DNA of 61,362 nt, the filler included. It is 8 parts of 8 records of this genome, joined end to end, with 100 filler letters (N's around TTAATTAATTAA, not from the genome) between each part and the next. Parts side by side here need not be neighbours in the genome. Positions count along the whole stretch, not along the records: positions 18,071 to 23,535 come from SRR31147125_23109; positions 23,636 to 29,768 come from SRR31147125_23190; 6 more parts are not named here. One strand, given 5' to 3'. The position numbers and the translations under genes were made by a program. Of this stretch, positions 19,470 to 29,768 are shown one piece after another. The notes below the pieces were generated by a model. The model saw nothing but the letters and a program-made list of their open reading frames with translations, ran no database searches and was not told the DNA's origin. Each line of letters begins with the position of its first letter. Position 1 is the first letter of the stretch.

Positions 19470-21110
19470 ATGAAAGGTGTAAAAGAAGACAATGCTATTT
19501 ATATCGTTCAAAAAGCGATTGACCATTTTAAAATTAAAGTTAGTGGTACAACGATAAGAGAGACTTTACAAAACCATCCAAATTATCCTTCATTGAAATG
19601 TATTTGCGATGCTTTGTCTAGTTGGAATATTGAATGTTATCCTTTGAAGTTGCAGTTTGATGAAATGGTGGAGTTGGGTGGAGGTTTTATTGCCCATTTA
19701 AAGATTGCAGGAGGGCAGCTTGCCTTTGTAAAAACTTTTAATACCGATAAGATTACTTTTTATTTGCAAAGTGATAAGGAAATCACAGTCGAATTTGATG
19801 ATTTTATGAAAATATCATCGGGAGTTGTAATTGTAATTCAGGCCAATGCCGAATCCGGGGAAAAGGATTTTCGAATTAAATTTCATAAGGAAATCCTAAA
19901 TAAAAATCTATTTACAATTGCTGCAATATCTATAATTGCGATACTTCTACTAGTATTTAATACTCAGGTCTTTGGGAGACAGTTGCTTTCCTCTAAAATA
20001 TTTTTCGGTTCACTTGTGATAAACTTGTTGGGGATTGTAACTTCAATATTGTTGATTTTACATGAGTTTAAGATAAACATTGCATTAACTGACAAAATTT
20101 GTCATGTCCATTCAAGTTTTGACTGCAATAAAATATTAAACTCCAATGCGGCAACATTATTTGGTTGGATTAATTGGGCAGACACTGGACTTATTTATTT
20201 TCTAGGAACGTTAGTGTATTTGGTAGGTTCACCTGAGAAAAGCAGGTTTGTCCTTTTGGCTTTAGTTAGTGTATTTCCAATGCCAATATTATTTTATTTA
20301 GCCTATTCACAGTTGGTTGTGCTAAAAAAAATATGCCCGTTATGTTTGGCGACTCAGATACTGTTACTAGCGCAATTCGCAATTTTTTTACCTTTGATAA
20401 ACCATGTGGAATTTCGTCTTTTTCCAGTAATACGGCTCTTGACTGGATATGTGATTGTAGCTTCAATTTTGCTGTTGTATAAAGCTTATTATTTAAAAAA
20501 TAATGAATTTGAGAAGGAACATAAAAAGCTTTTGCAGTTTAAAAGCGATTCAAAGACCTTCCTTTTCCATCTTGAATCATCCAGGTATATCGATTTTAGC
20601 GAGATCAGAGGAAATATTACAATAAGAACTATCGCCTCAAAAATTGATTTAGTAGCTTTCCTGGGATTAAACTGTAACCATTGCGGTAAAGTTTTTGATC
20701 AAATAATTCAACTTAGCGAGCAACTTCCAGTAAATGTTGAGATCTTCTTTCCAAAACCTACTGACCCGGTTTCTAAAGACATAATTTATCAGATAGAAAA
20801 CTTAAATGAGGCTAGAGAATATGATGCTTTATTTTCCATGATTCAAAATTGGTATAATGATGATCCCAGAGCTTTTATTAAAAAACTGAATGCTTATGAC
20901 TTAGGTGATAATGAAACGACTGTTCTTGATGGCTGTGGTGACGAAACTGATTATTTCAATATTTACGAGATTAATACAACACCTAAGGTCTTTCTGAATG
21001 GGTATCAATTGCCAGGTATTTATGAACTCAATGAAGTGATCTATTTTACAGACGAAATAATCGCACTAACACAAAGGAAAAGGCAGGAAGCACACATAAA
21101 GGTTGGATAA
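19470..21110 (+). CDS. C39-like (non-catalytic) / VKOR / thioredoxin-fold fusion membrane protein
   Basis: N-terminal HPNYPSL...FIAHL C39-like domain with no QxxxxDC motif; VKOR Cys pairs ICHVHSSFDC and CPLC among TM helices; C-terminal CNHC and TPKVFLNG. Start taken as ATG 19470. Confidence 0.88.
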   Translation: MKGVKEDNAIYIVQKAIDHFKIKVSGTTIRETLQNHPNYPSLKCICDALSSWNIECYPLKLQFDEMVELGGGFIAHLKIAGGQLAFVKTFNTDKITFYLQSDKEITVEFDDFMKISSGVVIVIQANAESGEKDFRIKFHKEILNKNLFTIAAISIIAILLLVFNTQVFGRQLLSSKIFFGSLVINLLGIVTSILLILHEFKINIALTDKICHVHSSFDCNKILNSNAATLFGWINWADTGLIYFLGTLVYLVGSPEKSRFVLLALVSVFPMPILFYLAYSQLVVLKKICPLCLATQILLLAQFAIFLPLINHVEFRLFPVIRLLTGYVIVASILLLYKAYYLKNNEFEKEHKKLLQFKSDSKTFLFHLESSRYIDFSEIRGNITIRTIASKIDLVAFLGLNCNHCGKVFDQIIQLSEQLPVNVEIFFPKPTDPVSKDIIYQIENLNEAREYDALFSMIQNWYNDDPRAFIKKLNAYDLGDNETTVLDGCGDETDYFNIYEINTTPKVFLNGYQLPGIYELNEVIYFTDEIIALTQRKRQEAHIKVG

Positions 21111-21134
21111 ATGCTCCCTGCCGGCTCTTTCCTT
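21074..21134 (+). other. Extended stem-loop spanning the VKOR stop codon
   Basis: AAGGAAA and GGCAGGAAGCA pair with TGCTCCCTGCC (1 mismatch) and TTTCCTT. Confidence 0.5.
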
Positions 21135-21255
21135 AAAAAAGAAAGGAGGTACTGTGACAAAGATAAACCATTAATTCATTAAATGATTTCATCATTAACC
21201 TTTGAAATGATAAATAAGGTAATACCACAATTTCTAAAATTTAATTTTAAACAAA

Positions 21256-21488
21256 ATGAAAAAATTAATAAACTAAGTATTAGTCCTGATAAAATTTTGA
21301 AAGAAGATCAATTAGTAAGTCTTAAAGGTGGTTATGCATATTGTTCATGTGTTACAAAATATAGCGTAGGAGGAGGAGGTGGTGACGTTGTCGGTCATAT
21401 TTATGGAGTTACTGATGCTTACTCTTGTAATTCACGATGTCAACAATCTTATGGATCCAATGTCTGGGGATTTATAGACACAATGTAG
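21256..21488 (+). CDS. Double-glycine-leader RiPP precursor with a 4-Cys core; apparent 1-nt frameshift just after the likely ATG
   Basis: Leader ...NKLSISPDKILKEDQLVSLKGG, core YAYCSCVTKYSVGGGGGDVVGHIYGVTDAYSCNSRCQQSYGSNVWGFIDTM. ATG 21256 (ATGAAAAAA) is one base out of frame; in-frame ATGs exist at 21183 and 21207. Confidence 0.8.
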
Positions 21489-21492
21489 AAAT

Positions 21493-21540
21493 ATAGGGAA
21501 CATTCCTTCAGCTTAGTGGAATGTTCCTTTATTTATTTTT
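21493..21540 (+). terminator. Hairpin/terminator between the precursor and the exporter
   Basis: Perfect 10-bp stem GGAACATTCC...GGAATGTTCC followed by TTTATTTATTTTT. Confidence 0.7.
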
Positions 21541-21602
21541 CATTGTGATAATAATAGCATCTTTATTTCTCAGTAGTCAGCACTATCCCAAAAGTATCAT
21601 AA

Positions 21603-23535
21603 ATGCATAGAAACAGGTTTCCTAGCTATAAGCAACTAGACTCGATGGACTGTGGTCCTACTTGTTTGAAAATCATATCAAAATACTATGGTAAGAACTA
21701 TAGCATTAACTATCTACGAGAAAAATCACACATTACTACAGAAGGAGTCTCGTTGTTGGGTATCAGTGAAGCGGCTGAAAACATTGGATTCAGAACAAAG
21801 GGTTATCGTTTAACCTGGGAAGAATTGAGGGATGAAGTACCTCTTCCATGCATATTACACTGGAAGCAACGCCATTTTGTTGTGGTGTATAAAATCCAAA
21901 CAACGAAAGGAAATCGCTTTCGAAGAAAACTAGAACCAGGGAGTAGTGATGATTTAAAAACCACGGTATATATATCGGATCCGGCACATGGGTTGCTCCA
22001 ATACCGTAAAGAAGAATTCTTAAAGTGTTGGTTAAGTTCAAAACAGAACAATTACGATGAGGGCACAGCTTTACTTTTGGAGCCAACACCGGCTTTCTAT
22101 AAGATTGAAACAGACCGAAAAATTCATTTGAATTTTGTCTATTTGCTAGGGTACCTTAAGCCTTATAAGAAATTTATTATACAGTTAGGGCTGGGGATGC
22201 TGACCGGTAGTATCATTAGCCTGATTTTTCCGCTCCTCACGCAATCAGTTGTTGACTATGGTATAGGAAATGGAGATTTTGCATTTATTGTTCTGGTGCT
22301 TGTTGCTCAAATGATACTTACTTTCGGGCAAGTTGCAAATGACATTATTCGTAGCTGGATTTTATTGCACGTGACAACAAGAATCAGTATTTCCCTAATT
22401 ACCGATTTTTTGATAAAGATAATGAAATTACCAATTTCATTCTTTGATACAAAGATGGTTGGTGACATTATGCAACGTTTGCAGGATCACAATCGTATCC
22501 AATTATTTTTAACAAAATCTTTGGTTGATATACTTTTTGCAGTTATTACTCTGGCTATTTACATATTCATCATGGCTTCCTACCATTTAAGTATTCTTTT
22601 CATTTTTATTTTGGGAAGTTCCATGTATATAGGATGGGTTTTACTCTTTTTAAAAAGAAGACGAGAAATTGACTACAAACGTTTTCAGGAATCTTCGGCT
22701 AATCAAAGTAATATAGTCCAGTTAATAAATGGGATGCAGGAAATAAAACTAAATGCCTGCGAAAAACAAAAACGTTGGGAGTGGGAGAGTATTCAGGCAA
22801 GATTATATAGGGTTAGCATCAAAGGTCTTAGACTAAGTCAGAATCAACAGATTGGAGCCACTTTTATAAATCAATCAAAGGATTTGCTAATATCATTCTT
22901 ATCTGCAAAAGCTGTAGTTACAGGCGATATGACACTCGGGATGATGATGGCTGTTCAGTATATAATTGGACAATTAAATGCTCCTGTTCATAAATTTATA
23001 GGGTTCACTCAGGAAGCACAAGATGCTAAAATAAGCCTGGAAAGGTTGGCAGAAGTTCATAACCAGGATGATGAAGAGAAAGTTGAAGAAAATAAGATAT
23101 CTGAGATCCCGAAGAATGTGAACATTGAAATCAAAAATCTGACATTTCAGTATGAAGGACCCAAATCCGAGAAAGTATTGAATGAAGTAAACCTGACAAT
23201 CCCAAGTAATAAAATAACTGCTATCGTAGGAACAAGTGGAAGTGGTAAAACCACACTTATAAAATTGATGCTTGGATTTTATAAACCTGCTGAGGGAGAA
23301 ATAGAGCTTGGAGGCATTGACTTGAAGCGATTCAGTGAATCAAACTGGCGAAAAAAATGTGGTGTAGTTATGCAAGAGGGATATATTTTTTCGGACACAA
23401 TTGTAAACAACATTGGAATAATGGACGAAATCTCAATTATAGAAAAAGTGGAGCATGCGGTAACTACGGCAAATGTTGATGAGTTTGTAGATAAGTTGCC
23501 ACTTCGTTACAATACAATTATTGGGGATCAGGGCA
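21603..23535 (+). CDS. Peptidase C39 domain-containing ABC transporter (PCAT, SunT/LanT type); 3' end truncated
   Basis: QLDSMDCGPTCL, CILHW..RHFVV and ISDPA; ABC TM domain; GTSGSGKTT. Confidence 0.96.
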
Positions 23536-23635
23536 NNNNNNNNNNNNNNNNNNNNNNNNNNNNNNNNNNNNNNNNNNNNTTAATTAATTAANNNNNNNNN
23601 NNNNNNNNNNNNNNNNNNNNNNNNNNNNNNNNNNN
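23536..23635. other. Artificial contig spacer
   Basis: N44-TTAATTAATTAA-N44. Confidence 0.99.
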
Positions 23636-23664
23636 GCCACTGCTCCACCAATTAACGTTTTCAT
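23636..23664 (-). CDS. First codons of a gene running off the contig (MKTLIGGAV...)
   Basis: Strong RBS AAGGAGGA upstream of ATG 23664; only about 9 codons are visible. Confidence 0.45.
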
Positions 23665-24007
23665 AAAGAATCATCCTCCTTCGCAACCTTATTAAGTTAG
23701 ACAGATTAAAATGGCTTCATCGGCCCATCCGTACGCGTGACGACAGGATGGCTCGACGGGGCAAACCTTCTTTGTAGCTCTCTCCGGCACCTGCCGGATG
23801 GTTCACAACTATTTTGATGTCATGGGATTTCAATTAGATAGCAACTTGTGGTGACGCTATCAAGTTCTATGGCAATAACATAGAAGCCCAGGCAGCGCAA
23901 GCATATTTTTCCCCCTGAATATGGCATTGCAAAGGATCAAGGCATCTGTTATTTTTTCTAAAATATTATCAACTTCCGTTGTAATTGGAATCTAACATTC
24001 TCAAATC

Positions 24008-26644
24008 ATGAACAATCAAAAAAAACATCCGGTTTTTGCGGTCACGCTGAAGATTCAACGCTGGATTGAACGGTTGCTTAAAAATTGCCATGACCATTAT
24101 TTCTGTTTTCTGCCCTCATCGACCGGCGCCCTTTCGACCCTCTTCCTAGAACGCCTGTTCTCAGGAATCTTTATGGGCGGTGAGCAGGCCGACATCATCA
24201 CCAACATTCCCGATAAAGCAATCGTCGTTTATACCACCAAGTATAAAAGTCGCTTCAAATTTCTCTTCGCCCACACCCGCTACCGAAGGCAACGACTCCC
24301 GGTACCGCAATTGGCCTTTGACTACGAAATTTATTGCTGGCAACCCGTATCACGGATATTTCGCACCTGCCTTGCCTATCTGGATGAGTTGATCCGTCGG
24401 CGCCGCATCCCGACCCCCTACGGCTCTGATTACTACCAACGCGCTCTCGCCGCGTCAGGATGCGGATTCCTCTCACTGGTGGAGAAGAAAGGGTTTTATC
24501 GCCGATTCGTCAAGCAGCGCATCGACCCCCTGGCCTATCTGATCGAGATGCAAAAGAAAATCGACCGTCCCATTTATCTGGTGCCCCAATTAATGTTTTT
24601 CAGCAAAAAACCGCTGCCGGCATGGCCCAGTTTGATCGACACCCTTTTCGGAACGTCGCAGCGCCCGGGAACGCTCAGAAAAATCGTTACCCTGTTCCGC
24701 CACCCGGGTAAAATATTCGTTGAACTCTCCCAACCGCTAAATCTACGCCAATGGCTGAGCCAGCGGGTGGATGTGGATAAAGGTGCCGATCACCTGGCAC
24801 TCCAACTCAGGCGCCAGCTATTGCTGCAGCATAATCGCCACCGTCAGAGTATAACCGGCCCGATCGTAAAATCCAATGAAGAGTTGAAAGAATCGATTCT
24901 TACCAGTGACCGAATACGCCCGTTTATTAAAAAGCACGCGGCGGCCCGTCAGGAGCCCATCCATAAAATAAGGAAAAAGGCCGACGACTATCTCGACGAA
25001 ATCGCCGCCCGCTATAGTCCGGTGATGATTCGATTAATGTCATCGGTGGTCGGTTGGATCACCAACTCCATGTTCGACGGAGCCGTTATTGACAAGGCCG
25101 GCCTGGCCCGCGTCAAGGCCATGTCACAAAAGGGTCCCCTGATTCTCATTCCCTGTCACAAGAGCCACATCGATTATCTGATTCTCTCATATGTACTATA
25201 CAACAATAACATGCCCTGCCCTCATATCGCGGCCGGCAAAAACCTCTCCTTCTGGCCGTTGGGTCCCATTTTCCGCGCCGGCGGCGCCTTTTTTGCGGCG
25301 CACCTTCAGAGGGGCGGTGCTTTATTCGCGCGTCTTTTCCGCTTATGTCTACAAGCTGTTGGAAGAAGGGTTCAATATCGAATTGTTCATCGAAGGCGGC
25401 AGGAGTCGAACGGGCAAACTGCTCATGCCTAAGCTTGGCCTGATTTCCATTTTGCTGGATGCCTACCGCAATGGCGCCTGTGAGAACATGATTTTCGTTC
25501 CAGTATATATCGGCTATGACCGGATCATCGAGGAACACGCCTATATTCATGAGGTAGAAGGGGGAAAAAAGGAGGACGAAAATCTCAGTCAGGTCCTTCG
25601 CGCACGTCGTTTTCTAAAAAAACGCTACGGCAAGATCTACATCAACTTTCACGATCCCATTTCCACGCGTGAACTATTGGCTGAATTTGGAACATCCTTG
25701 GACCGCATGCCGCAAAAACAGATCAACGCCCTGTGCCGGAACCTGGGCTGGCGGATCATCAATTCGATCGACCGGCAGACCGTGGTCACTCCCCGGGGCT
25801 CATTGCGGCCGCCATCTTGAACATTGTCCGGCCACGATTTAGCCATGAGGAACTGATGGAAGCGGTGAATACCTACCTGATCTTTGCCACCAGTCAGAAC
25901 GCCAAGCTTGCCGACACGATTATTCTTAATGCGGACGCGGCCATGGATAACGCCATCGACCATTACCTATCACGCAAATTGGTTGAGAAAGCACCGGGAG
26001 ACACAGACCTGCCGGACGGCCAGGTCGATTATATGGTCAATCCGGCCAAACGCAGTCTGCTGGAATTTTACAAGAACAATAGTATTTCCTATTTCGTGCC
26101 GGCTGCCTTTACCGCCCTGGCCATCCTCAAGAAAGACGCATTCCAGTTCAGTACCGTTGATCTGCACAAAGAGTACACGTTTTTACAGGATTTCTTTAAG
26201 TATGAATTTGCCTTTGATCTGGAAAAGCCACCGGTGCGGTATGTGAGAAAAACCATCAAGTCGTTTATCGATGATGCCATGCTGATGCCCCATCAAACCA
26301 TTCCGGACAACTATCAGATCACCTCCTCGGGCTACCGGAAACTAAAAATGTTTGCCGCCTTTTTGAAACCGTATTTGGAATCCTACCGCGTGGTGCTCCA
26401 GTTTTATCGGGTCAACCGCAAAGAGACCTCCGACCCCAAGGACAAGCTGAAAAAAATTCAACAATTAGGCCTGCAGATGGTGAAAAACAAGGAAATCGAC
26501 CTGATTGAATCCGTTTCCAAAATCAACTACGCCAATGGCCTGAACTATTTCTCCACCAACGGAATCAAGGATCATACGGATGAGGCCCGAATCGCCCACT
26601 TTGACATACTTATTCAGCATTTTCTAAATCTATTGAGCCCATGA
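24008..26644 (+). CDS. plsB: Glycerol-3-phosphate acyltransferase split over three frames by two indels
   Basis: HKSHID, AAGKNL and GAF|LRR, then FIEGGRSRTGK in a second frame and GLIAAAIL... in a third. Breaks lie at the T run 25289-25294 and CCCCGGGG 25791-25798. Confidence 0.88.
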
Positions 26645-28356
26645 AGGCGTTAATCCTGGCTGCCGGGTTCGGTACCCGGCTGGCGCCGCATACCCAGAAA
26701 CTCCCCAAAGCCCTGTTCCCGATAGCCGGGATTCCGGTATTGGCACGCATGATCGCCAATCTGAAAAGGGCCGGCTGCACAGCCATTGCCATCAACACCC
26801 ACCATCTTGCCCACCGGATTCAGACCTATTTTAAAGAACATGACTTCGGGGTCCCAATCACGCTCAGTCACGAGTCCGAAATATTAGGCACCGGCGGAGC
26901 CATTCGCCATCTGACAGGCTTTTGGGATGGGCCCCCCTTCATCGTGGTCAATGCCGATATTGTCACCGATATCGATATGGCCCAGGTATACCGGGCCCAC
27001 CTGTCCAATCCGTCGCCAGTGACCCTGGTCCTGCACGACCGCCCACAGTTTAACAACGTGTGGGTCGATAATGCCAATCGCATCACTGGATTCGATCGGT
27101 TCGCCGATACTGCCGACCATCGTGGACAACGTCAATTGGCCTTTACCGGCATCCACATCATGGATCCCGAAATCATAGACTGGATTCCATCTGCCGGGTT
27201 CTGTGATATTATCGCCGTATATCGCCAAATCATCGACAACGACATTACCATTCATGCCCACGTGGTCGACGGCCATTACTGGCAGGACATGGGCAACCCG
27301 GAACATTTTCGCGACGCCGTGGTGGATGCCATGGCCCCCCGGGTGTTTGAATCAGCCTTGTCCGACTGTCAACCGGATCAGATCGAGCGCCAGGCACTGA
27401 GTGGCGATGGCTCTGACCGCCGCTGGTTTCGCCTGACCTGCGGGGATCAGCACCTGGTTCTGGCCGACCATGGCCTCACGCCCATCCTCGGAGGCAGCGA
27501 AATCAATGCTTTTGTCAGTATCGGCGATCATCTTTTTCGATGTGGGATTCCCGTGCCACGAATTGTAGCCCACGATGGTTTCAGTGGCCTGGTGTTCCTG
27601 GAAGATCTGGGGGACTGCCACCTGCAACAGACCATATCCCGAGCCACCCACGGAAACCAGGTCAAACGCCGCTACCGTCAGATCATCGATACGTGGCTTG
27701 ATCTGACCGAGCGGGCCGCCGGGGGATTCGATCCGCAGTGGACCTGCCAAAGCCGAACCTACGATGCCGCGCTGATCATTGAAAAGGAGTGCCGATATTT
27801 CGTAGACTCGTTTTTAAACGGCTACCTGAATCTGGATGCCAATTTCAATGACCTGGCCACCGAGTTTGATTGTTTAGCCCGACGTACCATCGTCAACGGA
27901 ATCCATGGATTGATTCATCGCGACTTTCAATCCCGCAATATCATGATCCGTGATGGTCGTCATTATCTGATCGACTTTCAGGGTGCCCGCGAAGGACCGA
28001 TACAGTATGACCTTGCATCCCTGTTGATCGATCCGTATGTGAAACTGAGTCAGACGGCTAGGGAGCAGCTGCTCATCTATGCGGCAAATCAGGCCGCCGA
28101 GCGCCTGCAATGCACGTCCGACCAGCTTATCCGCGGGTTTCGCTATTGCGCGGTGACGCGCAACCTGCAGATGCTTGGCGCTTTTGGGTTCTTGAGCCGC
28201 GTTAAGGGGAAACGCGTCTTCGAGACATGGATTCCGGCTGCGGCCGGCATGCTGGCCACTCACATCAATTTGGCCGATGAAGCGGCCTTTCCCCGACTGT
28301 CCGCCATGGCCGATAGAATCGGGAAAAACGGGCTGTATCACCAGGAGATCCGCTGA
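26641..28356 (+). CDS. Fused nucleotidyltransferase (MurU-like) and sugar phosphotransferase (AmgK-like)
   Basis: N-terminal ILAAGFGTRL..T..LPK, GTGG and WQDMG; C-terminal GDGSDRRWFR, LEDLG, HRDFQSRN, IDFQ and YDLASLL. Confidence 0.88.
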   Translation: MKALILAAGFGTRLAPHTQKLPKALFPIAGIPVLARMIANLKRAGCTAIAINTHHLAHRIQTYFKEHDFGVPITLSHESEILGTGGAIRHLTGFWDGPPFIVVNADIVTDIDMAQVYRAHLSNPSPVTLVLHDRPQFNNVWVDNANRITGFDRFADTADHRGQRQLAFTGIHIMDPEIIDWIPSAGFCDIIAVYRQIIDNDITIHAHVVDGHYWQDMGNPEHFRDAVVDAMAPRVFESALSDCQPDQIERQALSGDGSDRRWFRLTCGDQHLVLADHGLTPILGGSEINAFVSIGDHLFRCGIPVPRIVAHDGFSGLVFLEDLGDCHLQQTISRATHGNQVKRRYRQIIDTWLDLTERAAGGFDPQWTCQSRTYDAALIIEKECRYFVDSFLNGYLNLDANFNDLATEFDCLARRTIVNGIHGLIHRDFQSRNIMIRDGRHYLIDFQGAREGPIQYDLASLLIDPYVKLSQTAREQLLIYAANQAAERLQCTSDQLIRGFRYCAVTRNLQMLGAFGFLSRVKGKRVFETWIPAAAGMLATHINLADEAAFPRLSAMADRIGKNGLYHQEIR

Positions 28357-28398
28357 TTCATCACGTTTAACAAACGATACAAATTAGGAGTTATTCAC

Positions 28399-29226
28399 AT
28401 GCAAACGATACAAATCATGATCAATGGTCTTCCTGGAAACGTCACCAGCGCAATTACCGCCAATCTCTTAAGGGATCCTCGCGTACGGGTGTTACCACAC
28501 TCCCTCACCGGTCCGGAAATCGACGCCGACCAGCATACGGTCGGCGACACCGTTTTTGAGTTGATCAAACCCACCGAACGGGAGCCACGCATCGCCGAGA
28601 TCATCGAGCGTTACCATAATTTCATCAGTATTGATTTCACCCACCCACTGGCCGTTAACGACAACTCTCAATTTTATTGCCGCCACGGATTGCCGTTTGT
28701 CATGGGAACCACGGGCGGTGACCGGGAGGGACTGACCCGTGCGGTAAGCGCCTCTTCCATATGTGCCGTCATTGCCCCCAATATGGCCAAGCAAATCGTC
28801 GGATTCCAGGCCATGCTGGAATATGGCGCCGCCACATTCAACACGCTTTTCAGTGGCTATAGCCTAAATGTGCAGGAAAGCCATCAGGCCGGGAAAGCGG
28901 ATACCAGCGGGACGGCCAGGGCGGTGGTCGACTGTTTCAACCGCATGGGCATCGATTTCTCGTCGGATGGAATCCAGAAAGAACGTGATCCGGAGGTTCA
29001 AATGAAGCAATGGGGTATCCCCGAAGCCTATCTATCCGGGCATGGATGGCATACCTACCGGTTGACATCTCCCGATCAGACCGTGGTCTTTGAATTCAAG
29101 CACAATGTCAATGGACGCGAAATCTATGCCGGAGGGACCTTGGATGCCATCATCTTTCTAAACCAAAAACAGAGCGCCGGAAAACGCGGCAAGGTTTATT
29201 CGATGATCGATGTGCTCAAAGGATGA
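28399..29226 (+). CDS. dapB: 4-hydroxy-tetrahydrodipicolinate reductase
   Basis: NGLPGN, IDFTHP, FVMGTTG, IAPNM and ESHQAGKADTSGTA; RBS AGGAG. Confidence 0.92.
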   Translation: MQTIQIMINGLPGNVTSAITANLLRDPRVRVLPHSLTGPEIDADQHTVGDTVFELIKPTEREPRIAEIIERYHNFISIDFTHPLAVNDNSQFYCRHGLPFVMGTTGGDREGLTRAVSASSICAVIAPNMAKQIVGFQAMLEYGAATFNTLFSGYSLNVQESHQAGKADTSGTARAVVDCFNRMGIDFSSDGIQKERDPEVQMKQWGIPEAYLSGHGWHTYRLTSPDQTVVFEFKHNVNGREIYAGGTLDAIIFLNQKQSAGKRGKVYSMIDVLKG

Positions 29227-29276
29227 CATGCAGATGGGTGATGGGGGGAAAATTAGTTGTTTTTGTAAATCAATGG

Positions 29277-29303
29277 TAAAGTTGACAAAAAAGCAGCCGA
29301 TGA
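29277..29303 (+). promoter_or_regulatory. Sigma28 (FliA)-type promoter upstream of cheX
   Basis: TAAAGTTG-N11-GCCGATGA against the consensus TAAAGTTT-N11-GCCGATAA, with exact spacing. Confidence 0.72.
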
Positions 29304-29431
29304 TAAGCCTGTACGAACAAACAGCACAGCAGCCATAAACTTGCGGCAATTGATGATGCCAAGCCATGCAGCAGCATCACCGGCCGCATCGCTCGCCTTC
29401 AATGGTGGATCAACCTCGTTATGGGGGAAAG

Positions 29432-29768
29432 ATGGACGTCAAGTATATCAATCCATTTATCAATGCCGTTAAAAAGCTCTTCGATACCATGATCGAGGTG
29501 CCTTTCAAACTGGGCAAGCCCAGCCTGAAGAAAGGCAACGTCCCGGAATACGAAATCAGCAGTATCATCGGTCTGTCAGGTACGGTAACCGGCTGCGTGG
29601 TGATCAATCTATCAAAGGAGATCGCCCTGCAATTGGTCTCCGCGCTCATCGGTGACGAGGTTACCGAACTGGATGATGATTGCACCGACGCCATCGGCGA
29701 AATTGCCAATATGATCGCCGGCAACGCCAAAACGGATTTTCCATCCACCGGCACGTCGATCAGTGTGC
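29432..29768 (+). CDS. cheX: Chemotaxis phosphatase CheX; 3' end truncated
   Basis: MDVKYINPFI, SSIIGLSG and DAIGEIANMIAGNAK (ExxN). Confidence 0.92.

Noticed and set aside
18071-23535. Calling the cluster a lanthipeptide system
   Set aside because: Only the last ~69 residues of a LanC-like protein are visible, with no zinc ligands and no LanB/LanM dehydratase in the contig.
25191-25820. Programmed ribosomal frameshifting in plsB
   Set aside because: Two separate homopolymer indels in a housekeeping enzyme are better explained by sequencing error.
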